The position numbers and the translations under genes are program-made. Positions 58,335 through 58,725 of a DNA stretch of 58,725 nucleotides are shown here, in pieces (position 1 is the stretch's first letter; every line of letters begins with the position of its first letter). Origin of the DNA: a virus. Its lineage: Duplodnaviria > Caudoviricetes. Below the pieces are notes generated by a model that worked only from the letters and a program-made list of their open reading frames with translations, had not been told where the DNA came from and ran no database searches. The stretch lies in IMG/VR virus record IMGVR_UViG_3300048672_000976, positions 1 to 58,725 of that record, one strand, 5' to 3'.

Positions 58335-58723
58335 TTTCTAAAATATTTTAAATTATTACCTAAATACGGTTGTGTTGACCATAATAATAATATGTCATTT
58401 TTTTGATTTACATCCGTAATTTCATTATTAGTTAAAACACCATATTTAATTTGTTCATCGTTTTTAGTTGTTAATTTCTTTAATGGTTTAATTTTTAATT
58501 CTGCTGGTTGTTTAATTAATTTATTTAAAATATCGTTAATATTTTTAACTATTTTCGCATTCGATACACTCAACCCATTTACGATAATATTATTTATTTT
58601 TGTTTTAAGATTTTGATTACCTAATAATATAGATAAAAATTCCAATATAATGGAGTCATTAAATGTTGGATTATTGAAATTAATTGATGTATTATCTAAA
58701 TTTAATTCAATATTTAATTGTTT
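58331..58723 (-). CDS. C-terminal part of a larger protein (start outside window)
   Basis: The frame of the 104-aa ORF stays open to the window edge (KQLNIELNLDNTSINFNNPTFNDSIILEFL...). Confidence 0.7.
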   Translation of the reverse strand, partial: KQLNIELNLDNTSINFNNPTFNDSIILEFLSILLGNQNLKTKINNIIVNGLSVSNAKIVKNINDILNKLIKQPAELKIKPLKKLTTKNDEQIKYGVLTNNEITDVNQKNDILLLWSTQPYLGNNLKYFRK

Positions 58724-58725
58724 TT

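Noticed and set aside
1-58725. Stop-codon reassignment
   Set aside because: Genes are full length and tightly packed under the standard code; no fragmentation at TAG or TGA.
1-58725. tRNA/rRNA genes
   Set aside because: No cloverleaf or rRNA-like sequence seen in the few intergenic gaps.

Overview
An AT-rich, tightly packed segment of a large contractile-tailed (T4-like/jumbo-type) phage genome. Every credible gene is on the minus strand and reads in the standard code. In transcription order (high to low coordinate) it holds: baseplate/tail genes (LysM/gp53-like, a 1906-aa hub-like protein); a replication block (gp32-like SSB, RecA/UvsX, 5'-3' exonuclease, DnaB helicase, class Id-like RNR beta and alpha, thioredoxin); gp25 and gp6-like baseplate wedges and other virion proteins; an ~18-kb cassette of Thr/Pro-stalked modular proteins up to 2805 aa; more virion proteins; then RuvC, primase, a PD-(D/E)xK nuclease, SbcD/gp47 and an SbcC/gp46 N-terminal fragment. 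Main highlights: (1) sbcC is broken at its Walker A motif by what looks like an atypically short 29-aa split-intein N-fragment, followed by a free-standing endonuclease-like ORF missing from the ORF track; (2) four further cis-inteins, two of them Ala1 class 3; (3) four cassette proteins share an N-terminal 'GPF' module ahead of mucin-like stalks and shuffled heads; (4) a [ST]-G-x-T tetrapeptide is strongly enriched in peripheral virion proteins, possibly a modification sequon; (5) a TATTTAT(A) upstream motif and a gene-32-like leader on ssb. Several cues point to a Bacteroidota host. All family calls come from motif recognition by eye, not database searches.
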